From: Takakia lepidozioides
Lineage: Eukaryota > Plantae > Bryophyta
Length of the DNA stretch: 64,000 nt
Direction of reading: 5' to 3'
Assembly (NCBI GenBank): GCA_030704615.1
Contig: CM060732.1
Coordinates: 6,572,001 to 6,636,000, forward strand
Shown: positions 1-12,464 of the stretch, one piece after another
Layout: the number at the start of each line of letters is the position of its first letter
How positions within the stretch are numbered: the stretch's first letter is position 1
The notes under the pieces: generated by a model
What the model was told of the DNA's origin: nothing
Database searches by the model: none
The model's input: only the letters and a program-made list of their open reading frames with translations
Position numbers and translations under genes: made by a program

Positions 1-828
1 ACAGAATGAAATGGGTAAGTGCTTGTAAGCCTGTGGGGCTTGCAAGTATCGATTTAGAGAAAATGTACTCTTCGTCCGTCCTTGTGCCACTGCGTAAGTA
101 GTAAGCGAGTGTGTAGTCTGTTATTTCCGCCATAGCTTCAAAGCTATAGCTTTGATTGTTCTCCCGTCGAGACGCCCGTTACTTGGAACGACGCCGACTC
201 TTGCGCTCAAATCCCTCTAAATTCTTGATTTTGCTTCTTGGAAAATACCCTGCAGGTAATTCTGGCTCATGATTGGCTGTTGGCTCTGTGATTGGTTTTG
301 TAATTTAATTCCCTTCCGTGGATTTCCCCCCTGGACTGTCCACTAGGATAGCACATGTGCAGGTTTCCCTTTTCTGTACTCGAAAGGGTTCCGTTACCCT
401 CTGAATGCATTAATGGGCCCACAATAGTTGACCGGGTAGGTACTTTGACGGCCAATTTTGATCCACGTGTCCATTTCTAAACCTGCCTCCGTCCCACTTT
501 TCCGCCGGCCACTCTCCGGATGTTAACCCACGTCCACCTGTCACTGATCCTATGGACTGTGTAATAGGCTGTGTTGAGCTGTGATAGGCTGTGTGGCACT
601 GTGATGGGCTGTGATAGGCTGTGTTGATGTGGGCCACGGCTGTGATAGGAAATGTACCCTGGTCATATACGCTCGGCTTAGCGACAAGTGCTCCATACTC
701 CGTTGGTATCACTGGCGCAGCCCGTGACTGCTTTGCGTTTCAACATGCAAATCGTGCTGCAATGTTTGTCATGGATACCACTGTACCCCTTCAACTTATT
801 GGCATTGACTCTTCCCAGCATCTCTTTG

Positions 829-2000
829 TTAATGGTTTGTAACATGGCTGTGTTTGTTATCATACATCTTCTGTATGACATAAGGTCCTTTCCATGGTGA
901 TTTAAGCTTAGAAGCTTTAATCTTCCCCTTCTTCTGCAACCAGAGAACCAAATCTCCCGTCTTAAAAGTCTTTAATTTGCCTTCATCAAACTGTTCCTTC
1001 CTCTTCATCTGAATTCTGGTCATGTTATCAGCTGCATCAGCACGTACTTCTTCCACATGGTATAATTCATGTTTCCTGACCTTAATTGAATCTTCCAATT
1101 CCATTCTCTTTCCCCATTCCGTTCTCATGGTAGGTAACAAGAATTCCACTGGAAGTAAAGCTTCCATACCATAAACTAATTGGAATGGTGTATACTTAGT
1201 GGTGACTTTATATGAAGTCCTGTATGACCACAAAGCTGTCAGCAGCTTTGTATCCCAATCCGTTCTGTTTGCATTGACTATCTTAGCCAAGATAGTACAT
1301 AGTATTTTGTTGGTAGCCTCTGCCTGCCCATTACCCTGTGGGTAATACGTTGTACTCTTCCTATGCACAATCATGAACTCTTTAGTCAATAGTTCAATGG
1401 TCTCATTAATGAAGTGACTTCCTGGTCACTGATAAATTCCAAGGGACAGCCAAATCGTGTAAGTATGTTCTCATACAGGAACCTTGCTGTGGACTTGGCT
1501 GTGTTGTCCCTCAGAGCTTTAGCTTCCACCCACTTCGTAGTATAATCAGTGGCTGTAATTATGTACTTGTTCTGTGTATTCTTGGCCGGTGGGTTAATTG
1601 GTCCAACAAAGTCTAGTCCCCCATTTCTGAAATGGTTCAGTAGGCATCGTAGGATGCAAAGCCATCTTCCCAGATCTCTGCAAAGGTCCTAGCCTCTGAC
1701 ATTCATCACAACTCTGACAATACTTGTGTACATCTTTGAACAAAGTAGGCCACCAGTAACCTGCAAGTAGTATCTTCCTACTGGTAGTCTCTTCTCCAAA
1801 ATGACCTCCAGCCACTCCTTTATGAACTTCCTCCAAAACTTTATTTACTTCATGGTGGTACAAGCATCGTTTAAGTACTCCATCAGGTCCTAGCTTATAC
1901 ATTCTGCCCCCTACCATAGTATAGGTAAAGCCTTGATAGCGATTCTCTTCCTCTGCTCCTTACCATAACTAGGTGGGCACTGACCATGAGTAAGGTAGTA
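829..2000 (-). pseudogene. Integrase of element 1 (frameshifted)
   Basis: HHCC zinc finger (HKGVAGGH...YWWPTLFKDVHKYCQSCDECQ), core YYPQGNGQAEATNK, and WKGPY motif in ORFs 1594..1917 and 829..1389. Confidence 0.92.
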
Positions 2001-2086
2001 TCTGATTGGCCACTGCCAATCTAACCATTCATCTGCACTTCCTTGCACCTCCATTGCAAATAAACTCGCATCAGGTAATTGGTCGT

Positions 2087-3560
2087 CTACTCCTGTGGCG
2101 GCTCTCCTGTTGTTAGGCGTGACAAATGATCTGCCACAAGATGCAAACGGCCAGGCTTGTAAACAACTTCGAACTCAAACTCGTGCAAGATTATTAACCA
2201 CCTTGCTATCCTTCCACTTATCAAAGGTTTGTTCACCAGATATATCAGAGCCTGGTGATCCACATAAAACATAAACTTTCTTCCAATAGGTAATGCCTGA
2301 ATTTCTTGACTGCATAAATCATTGCCAGTGCTTCTCTTTCAGTTGTGCTATAGTTCTTTCAGCACTGTTCATCAACCTGCTAGCATAGTACACACAGGTG
2401 AATCTATATTTCCTGTAACATTTTGGGCTAACACCGCTCCCAACGCTTCTCCTGAGGCATCACAGTGAACATGAAATACTACATGCCAGTGAGGGTTAAT
2501 CAGCACAGGTGTAGTTGTTACTGACAATGTAAGTTCCTCAAAAGCCTGTTGACATTCAGCTGTCCATGCAAACACTGCATCTTTCTTCAGAAGCTTGCTC
2601 AATGGTGCTGCTATCTGTGCATACCTTTTGACAAATCTTCTGTAATAACTGGTTTGTCCAAGGAATCTCCTTAGACTCTTAACATTTACTGGTGGTGGAG
2701 AGGCTTTAATGGCCTCTGTTCTTCCACCCCCTCTTACACACAATGTGTCCCAAAAGCACCCCTGAGTTCACACAGAAAGTACACTTCTCTGGATTCAGGC
2801 CCAGACCTCTCATCCTGCATCTGGCCAAACATAACTCCAATTTATGCAAGTGCTCATTCTTAGAGCTGTACACACTGAAATCATCCAAGAACACCTGCAT
2901 GAAATCATCCAGATACTCATGAAAAGATTCACTTATCACTCTCTGAAAGGTTGCTGGTGCATTACAAAGTCCAAAAGGCATGACTTTGTATGCATAAGCA
3001 CCCCAGTCTGTGATGAAAGCTGTCTTTCCCTGGTCTTCTTCTGCCACTTGCACTTGATTATAACCACTGAAGCCATCCATGAATGAGTACATCTCATGGC
3101 CTGCCACAGTGTCCAATACCGCTTCTGTGAATGGCAAAGGGAAAGGATCTTTCTTCGTGCAAGCATTCAACTTCTTATAGTTCACACAAACTCTCAGTTT
3201 ACCATTCTTCTTGGGAACTATCACAATGGGTGACAACCAAGTTGTATACTCTATCGGGTATATAAACTTAGCCTCAGCCAACTTCTTGATCTCTTCTCCA
3301 ACCTTCTGTGCATAGTTGGGATTCATTCTGTACCTTGCCTGTTTGATTGGTACTGACCCTGGTTCCAGTTCAATCTTATGCTGACAGATCTCAGGTGGTA
3401 TCCCTTTTAGATCCTCGTAGCTCCAAGCAAATACATCTCTGTATTTGATGAACAAACTCTTAGCTTCCTCAAAGAATTCTGGCTCCAAATCAGCCCCTAC
3501 CTTCACCATCCTCGGTTCCTCTTCAGTTCCCACATTCACTTCTCTCACCTGCTCATCAGC
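2087..3560 (-). pseudogene. RT and RNase H of element 1
   Basis: WLSPIVIVPKKNGKLRVCV, MDGFSGYNQV, MPFGLCNAPATFQR, FLDD; RNase H HCDASGEALGAVLAQ, VDHQAL, ADHLSR. Confidence 0.95.
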
Positions 3561-3859
3561 TGTGATTGTCCAACCAGTCACCACTTCATCCTGTAAACTC
3601 ACAGTGGCTGGTTCCTCTAGGATTTCCATTTCTCCTTCTCTTTCTTCATAGAAATGTGGTGGGTAACTGCTTGTTTCACCTTCAATTGGTGTTGCTGTCA
3701 CTACACCACAGCAGATACCTTTTAAACAACTTAGGCCTTCCAGCTGCATCTCTGCAACCTGCTCCCACTCTGGGTGTGCAGCGAACAGGGTAGCTTCCTG
3801 CTCCTCATCCAGTCCTCCCCTCCAGTCATACTCCCTGACCCTCGAGGTCTTCTCGTAGC

Positions 3860-5900
3860 AGGTAATCTACTAGATTTCTTAGTGGTAATTTGTATCTTGT
3901 GCATTAGTAACTGGGAATTCCAGTCATGGAATACCCTGGCCTGTTTCAGCCACGGACGTCCCAATAATAAGGAGTAAGCCTCCATGACTTCATCCATTTT
4001 CAACACAGTTACTGTGATCATAAAGATCATCTTTTGAATCTGTATCTTAACTCCTCTTATCAATCCCAATGGCTGTACACTTCTTTGATCTGCCATTGTT
4101 ACTGTAAATGGGGCTGGTTTCATGTTACTTAGACCAAGCTTCTGCCTTAATTGGTCTGTCATGATATTCACTCCAGAGCCTCCATCTATCAGTACATCAG
4201 TTAGTTCTGTGCTTCCAATTCTCAATTGGATTACTGGCATAGAATCATCAAAGTCCATGACTGTTTCTCGCCCTTCCGGCTTCACATTATAACTGGTCAC
4301 CTTGCTGTTCAGGTCTGTGTTTCCTGTCACATGGGCAATTCGATTGATTGCTTGATACAGCCTGTGTCTACAATAAGGTGCCACAGCCAATAGCTGTCCA
4401 ATGGTAATCTCTGCTTTGGTCTGGCATATTACTTCAGCCAAAGTCCCTTCATTACTCTGCATGTCTGCAGCTTCTTTCTTCCTTTCATCCTCACTCACTT
4501 CTTCTTCTCCATCAGAATCAGAGGAATCTGCCATAGGAATATCAGTACTCTTCTGCATTTCCCTTATGGTATCTGCCACTTCCTTGTGCAGTTCCTTCTC
4601 ATCTCTCCAAGCCTCATCATCTTCAGGCACATCACTGCCATCTTCATTATCATCATCTTCCTCAACTACTGGAGGTATTAGTTTGGCTTTGCTTCTTGTT
4701 ACTATCATTGTACTTACTTCTGGTACAACACATGGCCTAACCATGTGAGCTGCCACCACTGGGCCCTCATTCACAGGAGCTCTCATCTCATTCTGGTGTC
4801 TAATCCAGAATGAACAGGCTGCCTTGCGATGTCCTGCCTGATTACAATAGTAACACAGTTCTTCACCATTGGGTCCTCGCCCTTGGTCTGCTCTGGATTA
4901 TTTCTGTAATCCTGATTCCCTGGCTGGTAATTCCCCCTTGGATTACCCTGATAGTTGCCTCTGGAATTTCCTTGGTAATTCCCTTGAATTACCTCTCCCT
5001 TCCATGCCATTGTTATAACCACCAGGCCTACCATAGTGGTCCTGATCACTGTTTCTTCTTGGCTGGGGCTGCACTTGATGCACCCTTACTTGCCTAGGTT
5101 CTCTTGCTGCTGTCCTTCTGTTGTAGTAACAATTCTCAGTAGAATGGTTATCCATTTTACAGATAGTACAGTGTTTCTCCTTCATGTGGCATTCAGTGGT
5201 GGTATGGCCTTCATTCTGGCACTTTGCACACCAAACACCCTTCCTCCAATGTGTTGCAGCCTCTGTGGCATACTTCTTCAAGATTTCTTCTAATCTTTTT
5301 CTCATAGTTATCCCTCTTCAACTTCTCCTTCCTCTTACTCTTCCTTTTAGCTCTTGCTCTTCTTCCTCATCTGACTCATCCTCAGAGTCCTCATCATCCC
5401 TTTTCTCTCTCCTGAGCATTCCCAATTGCTCAATTCTGTTCGCTGTTTCAAATGCCTCCTCCACTGTATTATGGGGTAACATATCCACTTTCTTTTGCAA
5501 CTCTGGTCTTAGTCACTCACAAACCAAGTCTGTAAACCTGGTGCTGGTACAGCAGCCAGCTTTTTCATCATCAATTCCATTTTTTCCATATACTCCTCAA
5601 CAGTTTCATGCTTCTTTTGCTTTAACTGTTGTAAACTTCCATACACTTCATCCTCAGTTTTACTTGTCCTGAACCTATTTCGGAATGTTGTATTCAAGCC
5701 ATTCCAGGTTAGGAAATGATTATCAGGGAATCTTGCATACCATTCACTTGCTTTCTTGATAAGTGAACAAGGAAACAATCTCATCTTGGCATCATCGCCA
5801 TTCTCATTGTTCACAATACACATGTGCTCAAATTGGCTAATGTACATCGGGATCCCCTTTTCCTGAATATATTGGAAAATGTGGTTTTGCCCGTGTTGGT
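3860..5900 (-). pseudogene. Gag and aspartic protease of element 1
   Basis: Gag core (FPCSLIKKASEWY...QKKHETVEEY), two CCHC knuckles (CAKCQNEGHTTTEC, CTICKMDNHSTENC), protease VLIDGGSGVNIM...LLLGRPWL. Confidence 0.9.
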
Positions 5901-7658
5901 TGTAACGCCATCTGTGGCCCTACCTTCTGCCCACTGACAGATGCTGGCCCCTTGCTGGTGCTGGTCCTTGAGGACCTGTTGTAGTTGTGGTGGATCTTCC
6001 ACCAAGTGGTGGCCCCTGAGCACTCCCTGCTACTGGCCCCACGATATTCACAGTATTCCCAGCTCCAGTTGCACTACTTCCCACACTCCCTGTCCCCCCA
6101 GAGCCAGATCCAGGGCCCGCCTGATCCCCCTGAGCCGACACCTTCGTTGGCCTGTGATCCAAGTGCTCCACTTGATCCAGGTCCAACGGGTTGGGATGTC
6201 CTGGTTGTAGTCTCAACCTCAGCTGTTGGGTCTACTTCTTCATACTCTTCCTCTTCCAATTTCTTCTCTCTGTTTTCATCCTCCAAGTTCTGCCCTTGGG
6301 TTTCTTCTTCACTCATGTAACTCAACTGCAATGGTGTTGGAGAGTCTGAACTCTCCGTTGCCACATCCTCTCCTCCTTCTTCACCTTCCGTTTCAGAAAC
6401 TGGAGTTCCTGCTTTTGGTGTTCCATGCCAACTCTTATCAAAGATTTCTGTCAAATCTTTTATCCAGGGATGTACCTCAGATCTTTCACCTCGTGGTTGA
6501 TCTTCTTCCCGTACCAATTCCCTTAATCTTTCTTGCAAAGAAAAAGAAGGAGTGGCATCCAACTCTAGTTCTTCCTGGGTGATGTACTCTCTGATCTTAA
6601 TGGTGTGTGAGAGGTCCAGATGATTCCCCTATGTCTATTCCTCTCTCCCAAAGATATGGATAATTAGCTTTCAGATAACTTTCTTTTTGCTGAATATCTC
6701 TGGAGTCTAGCTTCTCTTTCATCACTCATGTCCCATGTCTTTCATTTCTTTAATGTGGCAATAACCAAAACTCTCTTCTGTAGTATCTCTCGTATATGCC
6801 TGGGTTTCTTTCAAGCTTCAATGCACCCTTGGCTATACTAGAAGTCTCGTTACCATATAACCATATGGCAAACAAGTCTGGAAAGCTGTTCTTGGTGTGA
6901 GTTTGATCCACAGAATATCCTTTGGAATCCAATTCTTTACCAGTACAAGCTCTTCATGCATATGAGTATAAACATTCACCTTCCTTTCCTCCCAGCCTTC
7001 AAACTCTACTCGCTTAATGGATAGCAATGCTATCACATAAACCAGTGTTTGGTAACCAACTTCCTCTACAGGCCACCTGATAAATCTTTATCACTCCTTT
7101 CTCCAGACCCCACTCAGGGTCAGCATCATGCACTCTCTTAAGAATGTTTTCTTTACAACCGTCTGGCAATTCCAAGAACCTCTGAAAGAATGTTTGGACA
7201 ATCTTTCCTTCTCAGTTTCACAGGGAATTTGATTCACATCAAATTCTTTAATTCTCCAACCACCATGATCCCACCAGATGCCTGTCACATCTGGTTGTTC
7301 ATGACCCAGTTCCCCAGTATGGTCGCCAAATGTCGAGCGGCTTTTACTCACCCATCCCTTCGCTATCCGAGGTGGAAACTCCAAGATAGAAGAGTTGGAT
7401 ATCTCTAAGCACTCAGCCCGCTCAGTACAATCAGTCATGACCTGCAGCTAGTGAATCATGGTTGTGCTTCCCCTTTGTATTCCTTCTTGCCTTCATGTTA
7501 TCAATTTACCTTATCTGATACTGAAGCATCAGATTGCTTCAGTATCTTCTTAGTTCCAGTTAATCATGCATTCATTTCACAGCTTCACTCATGTCTCTCT
7601 ACACAGTGTGCTTGTATCGAATAAGTATCAGATTACGATTTATCAGGTACTAGGCCAA

Positions 7659-8165
7659 TGTCAAGTGACTCTAATCCGCCCTACAGTATCACTACAGCTT
7701 GCATGAAATAAGCATCTACTGTTCATCTCTCCTCCTACTCCGTGCTCTCGTTCTTGCTCTCCCTGATCTTCTCTCCTCCATGACCAGAAGCGCTCCCCCC
7801 GTAGTCTCCTTCTTTCGTTGCCGCCCTCCTTATCTGCCCCCAAGCTGTTCTAACCACCTAACTAATTAACCGTCCCCCTCACAGTCGTTCCCTGCCAATG
7901 ATTGTTCCCTATGTACTGTGACAAACTGTGTTGTGTTGTGGGCTGTAGCTGTGCTGTGAGACTGGCTGTGCGAAGCTGTGTGTGTCGGGCTGTGGCTGTG
8001 AGAAGCTGTGTTGGCTGTGACTGGCTGTGCGAAGCTGTGGGCCGGGTTGTGTTGGCTGTGACTGGCTGTGGCTGTAGGCTGTGTCCCCCCCCCCCTAAAG
8101 CCTGCTGCTGCCACCCCTAAGGCTCCTGTTGGTCTCAGTCTACGCAAAAAATAAGGGTACCCACA
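7659..8165 (-). repeat. Putative 5' LTR of element 1 (507 bp)
   Basis: On minus it starts TGTGGGTACC (8165) and ends CTTGACA (7659), then 1 nt and TGGCCTAGTACC, a PBS-like TGG. The partner LTR is not in the window. Confidence 0.6.
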
Positions 8166-8199
8166 AGAACCCGTAAAAGCGTCTAAGTCCCAAGCAGCC

Positions 8200-11100
8200 C
8201 TCTAACAACACCTTCGAGGGCGTACGAAATCGGAAGGCACTCAACACCTGACTCTTGGAGCTAGAGCAGTACTTCCGGGCGGCCAAGTTGAGTGACGAGG
8301 ATCGGGTGGAAGTGACTCCCACCTATTTGAGGGGCTATGCTCAACAATGGTGGCAGAAACGCCTTTACGACCGAGGCCCAAACCCGGAAACCTTGAACTG
8401 GAGTGGATTCAAAGAACTGATGAAGAGACAGTTTGTGCCCCTCAACGCGTCCTGGCTCGCCCGGGACAAGATGAGGAATCTAAAGCAAACGGATGACATT
8501 CGGGGATATGTTCAGGCTTTCAATGTGCTGTTGCTCGAAGTCGCGGACATGGCAGAACCAAAAATGGTCTTCAACTTTGTGGCGGGATTGGCCCCATGGG
8601 CCAGGCGGAAGTTGGAGGAGAAGCCACCTAAGACTTTGAACGAGGCAATTGAGAAGGCTGAATGTTTCTCGGATGTCCCTAGGGGCGAAAGACAAGGCCG
8701 TACGGAGCTGAACCATAAAAGGCCCGGCGGGAGGGTGACTCCTTCCGACCGGAAAAGAAGTGGGATAGGCCACGCGGCGATAATGGCACATGGAAATTGA
8801 AGGGAGGGCCCTCACACGTCAAGACGGCACCTGGTGCCCCGAAAGAAAAACCAGGTGCGGCGGCTTATGGCGGGCAGAAGGCGACCTTCGATGGAGTGTG
8901 CTTTAATTGCGGGGAATCCGGGCACATGGCAAAAAAATGCGCGAAACCCCGACAATTGAACATGACTCGGGCAACCACAGAGTTGTCCGAGGATTCCATT
9001 AGCCATTTGGTGGAAGCAGTGGTTGCCAAGACTTGCAAGATAGGCAACTACTCTTGTGAGTTGTATCAGGAGACTGCCGCCCTACGTAAAGGGAGTCAGT
9101 TATTGTTCGTGAGTGGGATAATTTCCGGAACTAACGTGTCGTTGTTGGTGGACATAGGAGCGTCGCACTCCTTCATGACACCGGCAACGGCACGGAAGCT
9201 GGGACTCTCGACAAGTGATGTGGGGGCTTCTATTGAGGTACGTTCTGCTAAAGGAGAACCACAATTGGCGACGAGGTTGGCGTTCGATGTTCCTCTTCAG
9301 CTCGGGAGTTGGGAAGGACGTGATAACTTCACCGAGATCGATGGAGTGGATCTCATTTTGGGGATGACCTTTTTGAGCAAATCAGGAGCGGTCATAGATG
9401 GTCGCAAGAGAATAGTCACGCTACCGTGTGGGAATGGTGGCAAAGTTTTACGAGTTTCGAAAACGCCCAACCCAGTGGGAGGGCGAATAAACTTGCTATC
9501 AGCAAAGGAGTGGGCCGTGGAGGAGCCACACGAGCCCCAATTTTTGCTTTACGTAAGACAAGTGAAGGGAGAAGGCGATGGGGAGCCGAGCCCAGATTGG
9601 ATCAAGGGGATTTTGGAGAAATATCAGGATGTGATGCCAGAGGATTTGCCAAGCGGCTTGCCACCGTGAAGAGGAGTTGACCACAAGATTGAGGTGATAC
9701 CGGGATCGGAGCCGCTTGCCAAGGCGCCCTACTGGTTGAGCCACAGAGAGTTGGTCGAGCTGAAGACTCAGCTCAAGGATCTAATGTCAAAGCGGTACAT
9801 CCGGCCGAGTAAGTCACCTTACGGAGCCCCAGTACTATTCGCAGACAAAAAAGATGGGACGCTGCGGATGTGTGTCGATTACAGGGCTCTGAATAAGGTG
9901 ACTATCAAAAACCGATACCCTTTGCCAAAGATCGACGACCTCTTCGATCGGTTGGCAGGAGCAAAGTATTTCAGCCAGATCGATTTGCGCTCCGGGTATC
10001 ATCAAATTCGAGTGGCGGAAGGAGATGAGGAGAAGACCGCGTGCAGGACAAGATATGGTTCATATGAGTTCTTGGTGATGCCTTTTGGGCTCACCAACGC
10101 ACCTGCAACCTTTAGCACGCTAATGAATAGCCTCTTCCAAGAGTGGTTGGACGACTTTGTGATCGTGTACATCGACGACATCTTGGTGTACTCGAAAAAA
10201 AAGGAAGAGCACCTGGAGCATTTCAAAAGGGTGTTCCAGAAATTACGGGAAGGGAAGTTGTATGCCAAAGCTTCAGAGTGTGAATTTGGGGTCACAAAAG
10301 TGGAGTTCATGGGGCATGTGATTACACAGGATGGGATAAAAATGGATGACAGAAAGGTGAGGGCGATCTTGGACTGGGAGCCTCCGACTTCGGCCCCTGA
10401 TCTTTCTTAGGTTTCGCCTCCTATTACCGAAAGTATGTGAGAAATTTCGCCAACATCGCGGGGCCGTTGTCAGACCTTTTGTGTAAATCCAAGGTATGGG
10501 TATGGAACACCTTTTGTGGCCAAGCATTTGCCGAGTTGAAGCAGCGGATGGCAGAAGCTCCAGTCCTGAAAATCCCGGAGTTCGACCGTCCATTTGAGAT
10601 TCATATGGATGCTTCGGACTTCGCGATTGGAGGTGTACTCATGTAGGATGGACGTCCACTGGCTTACGAAAGTAAGAAACTGAATGAAGTGGAGCGACGG
10701 TGGCCAACGCACGAGAAAGAGATGAAGGCGGTGGTGCATTGCCTTGAGCTTCGGCGCCACTATATTGGTTCCAACCCGGTGAAGGTGTTCACGGACAATG
10801 TCACGGTGAAGTATTTTGCCACGCAGCCTAAGTCGTCCCCAAAACAACTTAGGTGGCAAGACACTTTGGCGGTGTTCGACGTGGATATCCAGTACAAACC
10901 GGGACAGGACAATGTGGTGGCCAATGCTTTAAGTAGAAAGCAGCAGCTCATGTTAGTGTACAAGGGCGAGACGGCGCTCCAGAGGAAGATCCGGAAGGCT
11001 TACCGGAAGGATGAGATGACGAAGTCCGTGATGCGGGACTTGAGGATGGGGGTTAAATCGCAGTCCACTTGCAAAATGGACTACTTCTCCGGTACAAGCA

Positions 11101-12430
11101 AAAGCGTCTCTACGTGCCGAAGGGAGGGATCAGAGATAGTCTCTTGAGAGAATGCCATGATGGCCCGCTTGCGGGCCACGGCGGAGCCAAGCGCACCGCA
11201 GCACTCTTGAAAAAAGAGTATTTCTAGCCCAAACTAAGGGAGGAGGCCGAGGAGTATGTCAAGACATGCACCACATGCCAATAAAACCGGAACGAGTACA
11301 AAAAACAAGCAGGGCTGTTACAACCCTTGCCGATTCCAGAGGGGTCTTGGGAAAGTGTCTCGATGGACTTCATGACTGCTATGCCGCTGTCAAAAAGATT
11401 CGATGCAATCATGGTGGTGGTAGATAGGTTCAGTAAAATGGGCCATTTCATCCCCACCAAGGAGACGGCAATGGTGCAGGAGACGGGCCGACTTTACTTC
11501 GCCCACGTCTTCAAGCATCATGGACTCTCGAAGGATATTGTCTCGGACCGCGATCCAAAGTTTACTAGTAAATTTTGGAAGGTACTTTGGAAGAAAATGG
11601 GGCCGAGGCTCAAAATGAGCACCGCCTTCTGACCTACGATGGACGGCCAAACGGAAAGGGTGAATTCCGTGGTGAAGCAGATCTTGCGGAATTATGTGTC
11701 GGCAGACCAATCGGACTGGGTGGAGCACTTGGATGCGGCGGAGTTTTGTTATAATAACACAAAACACTCCGCAACGGGAGTTTCCCCCTTCGTATTGGTC
11801 TATGGAAAAGCACCTTTGGTGCCAACAAGTTGGGCCGCCCAGGACATTGAGGAACCGGCAGCAGCGGCAGTGCTGGAAGAACGCGAACGTTTGTTGAAGC
11901 TCGCAAAGTACAACATTGCCAAAGCTAGGAAACGGTATGAATGGCAGGCGAATCAGAAGTGGAGGGAGATTAAGTTTGAGGCAGACACGGAGGTCTGGTT
12001 GAACATCAAGAATTTTCGACTACCTCCGGAAGTGAGTTCGAAGTTCGTACCTCCGTATGCGGGACCCTTTCGCATCCGGAAGGTTATGAATGAGGATGTG
12101 TATGAATTGGAACTGCCGGCAAACAACAAGGTGCATCCGGTATTCCACGTCTCCCTTTTGAAGCCTTACTTCAAAGATGAAGCGCGTCCGAATCGGCATC
12201 AAGTGTTGCGTCCGCCACCTGTGCTGTTGGATCATGAAAATGAACCTGAGTACGAGGTCGAGGCAGTGCTTAAGTCAAGGAGGTTCAAGAATCGAGAAAC
12301 GAAGTATCTCGTGAAATAGAAGGGCTATCATTATGTGGAGGCATCTTAGGTGCGTGCCTCAGAAATGGGAAACACATCCGAGGCGGTTGCAGCTTTCGAA
12401 GGGCGACATCAAAAGCGGAAGAAGCGTTGA
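8200..12430 (+). pseudogene. gag-pol of element 2 with C-terminal chromodomain
   Basis: ORFs 8255..8800, 8797..9669, 9694..10410, 10437..11147, 11327..12319, broken by stops and frameshifts. Chromodomain EYEVEAVLKSRR...YLVK*KGY...AS*V at ~12248-12400. Confidence 0.92.
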
Positions 12431-12453
12431 TGGCGACATCAACCTTGGATCGT

Positions 12454-12464
12454 GGGGGAGGAAA
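12454..12464 (+). other. Polypurine tract of element 2
   Basis: GGGGGAGGAAA directly after the pol stop and directly before TG at 12465. Confidence 0.75.

Larger units (their letters stand above)
1..8165 (-). mobile_element. Element 1: degenerate Ty3/gypsy LTR retrotransposon, non-chromovirus (Athila/Tat-like RT). The 3' end probably lies left of the window.
   Basis: Minus-strand order gag - zinc knuckles - protease - RT - RNase H - integrase, split by frameshifts. Putative 5' LTR at 7659-8165. Confidence 0.9.

Noticed and set aside
480-660. 3' LTR of element 1
   Set aside because: Shares only the GGCTGTG tract with 7659-8165. There is no alignable identity or matching terminus.
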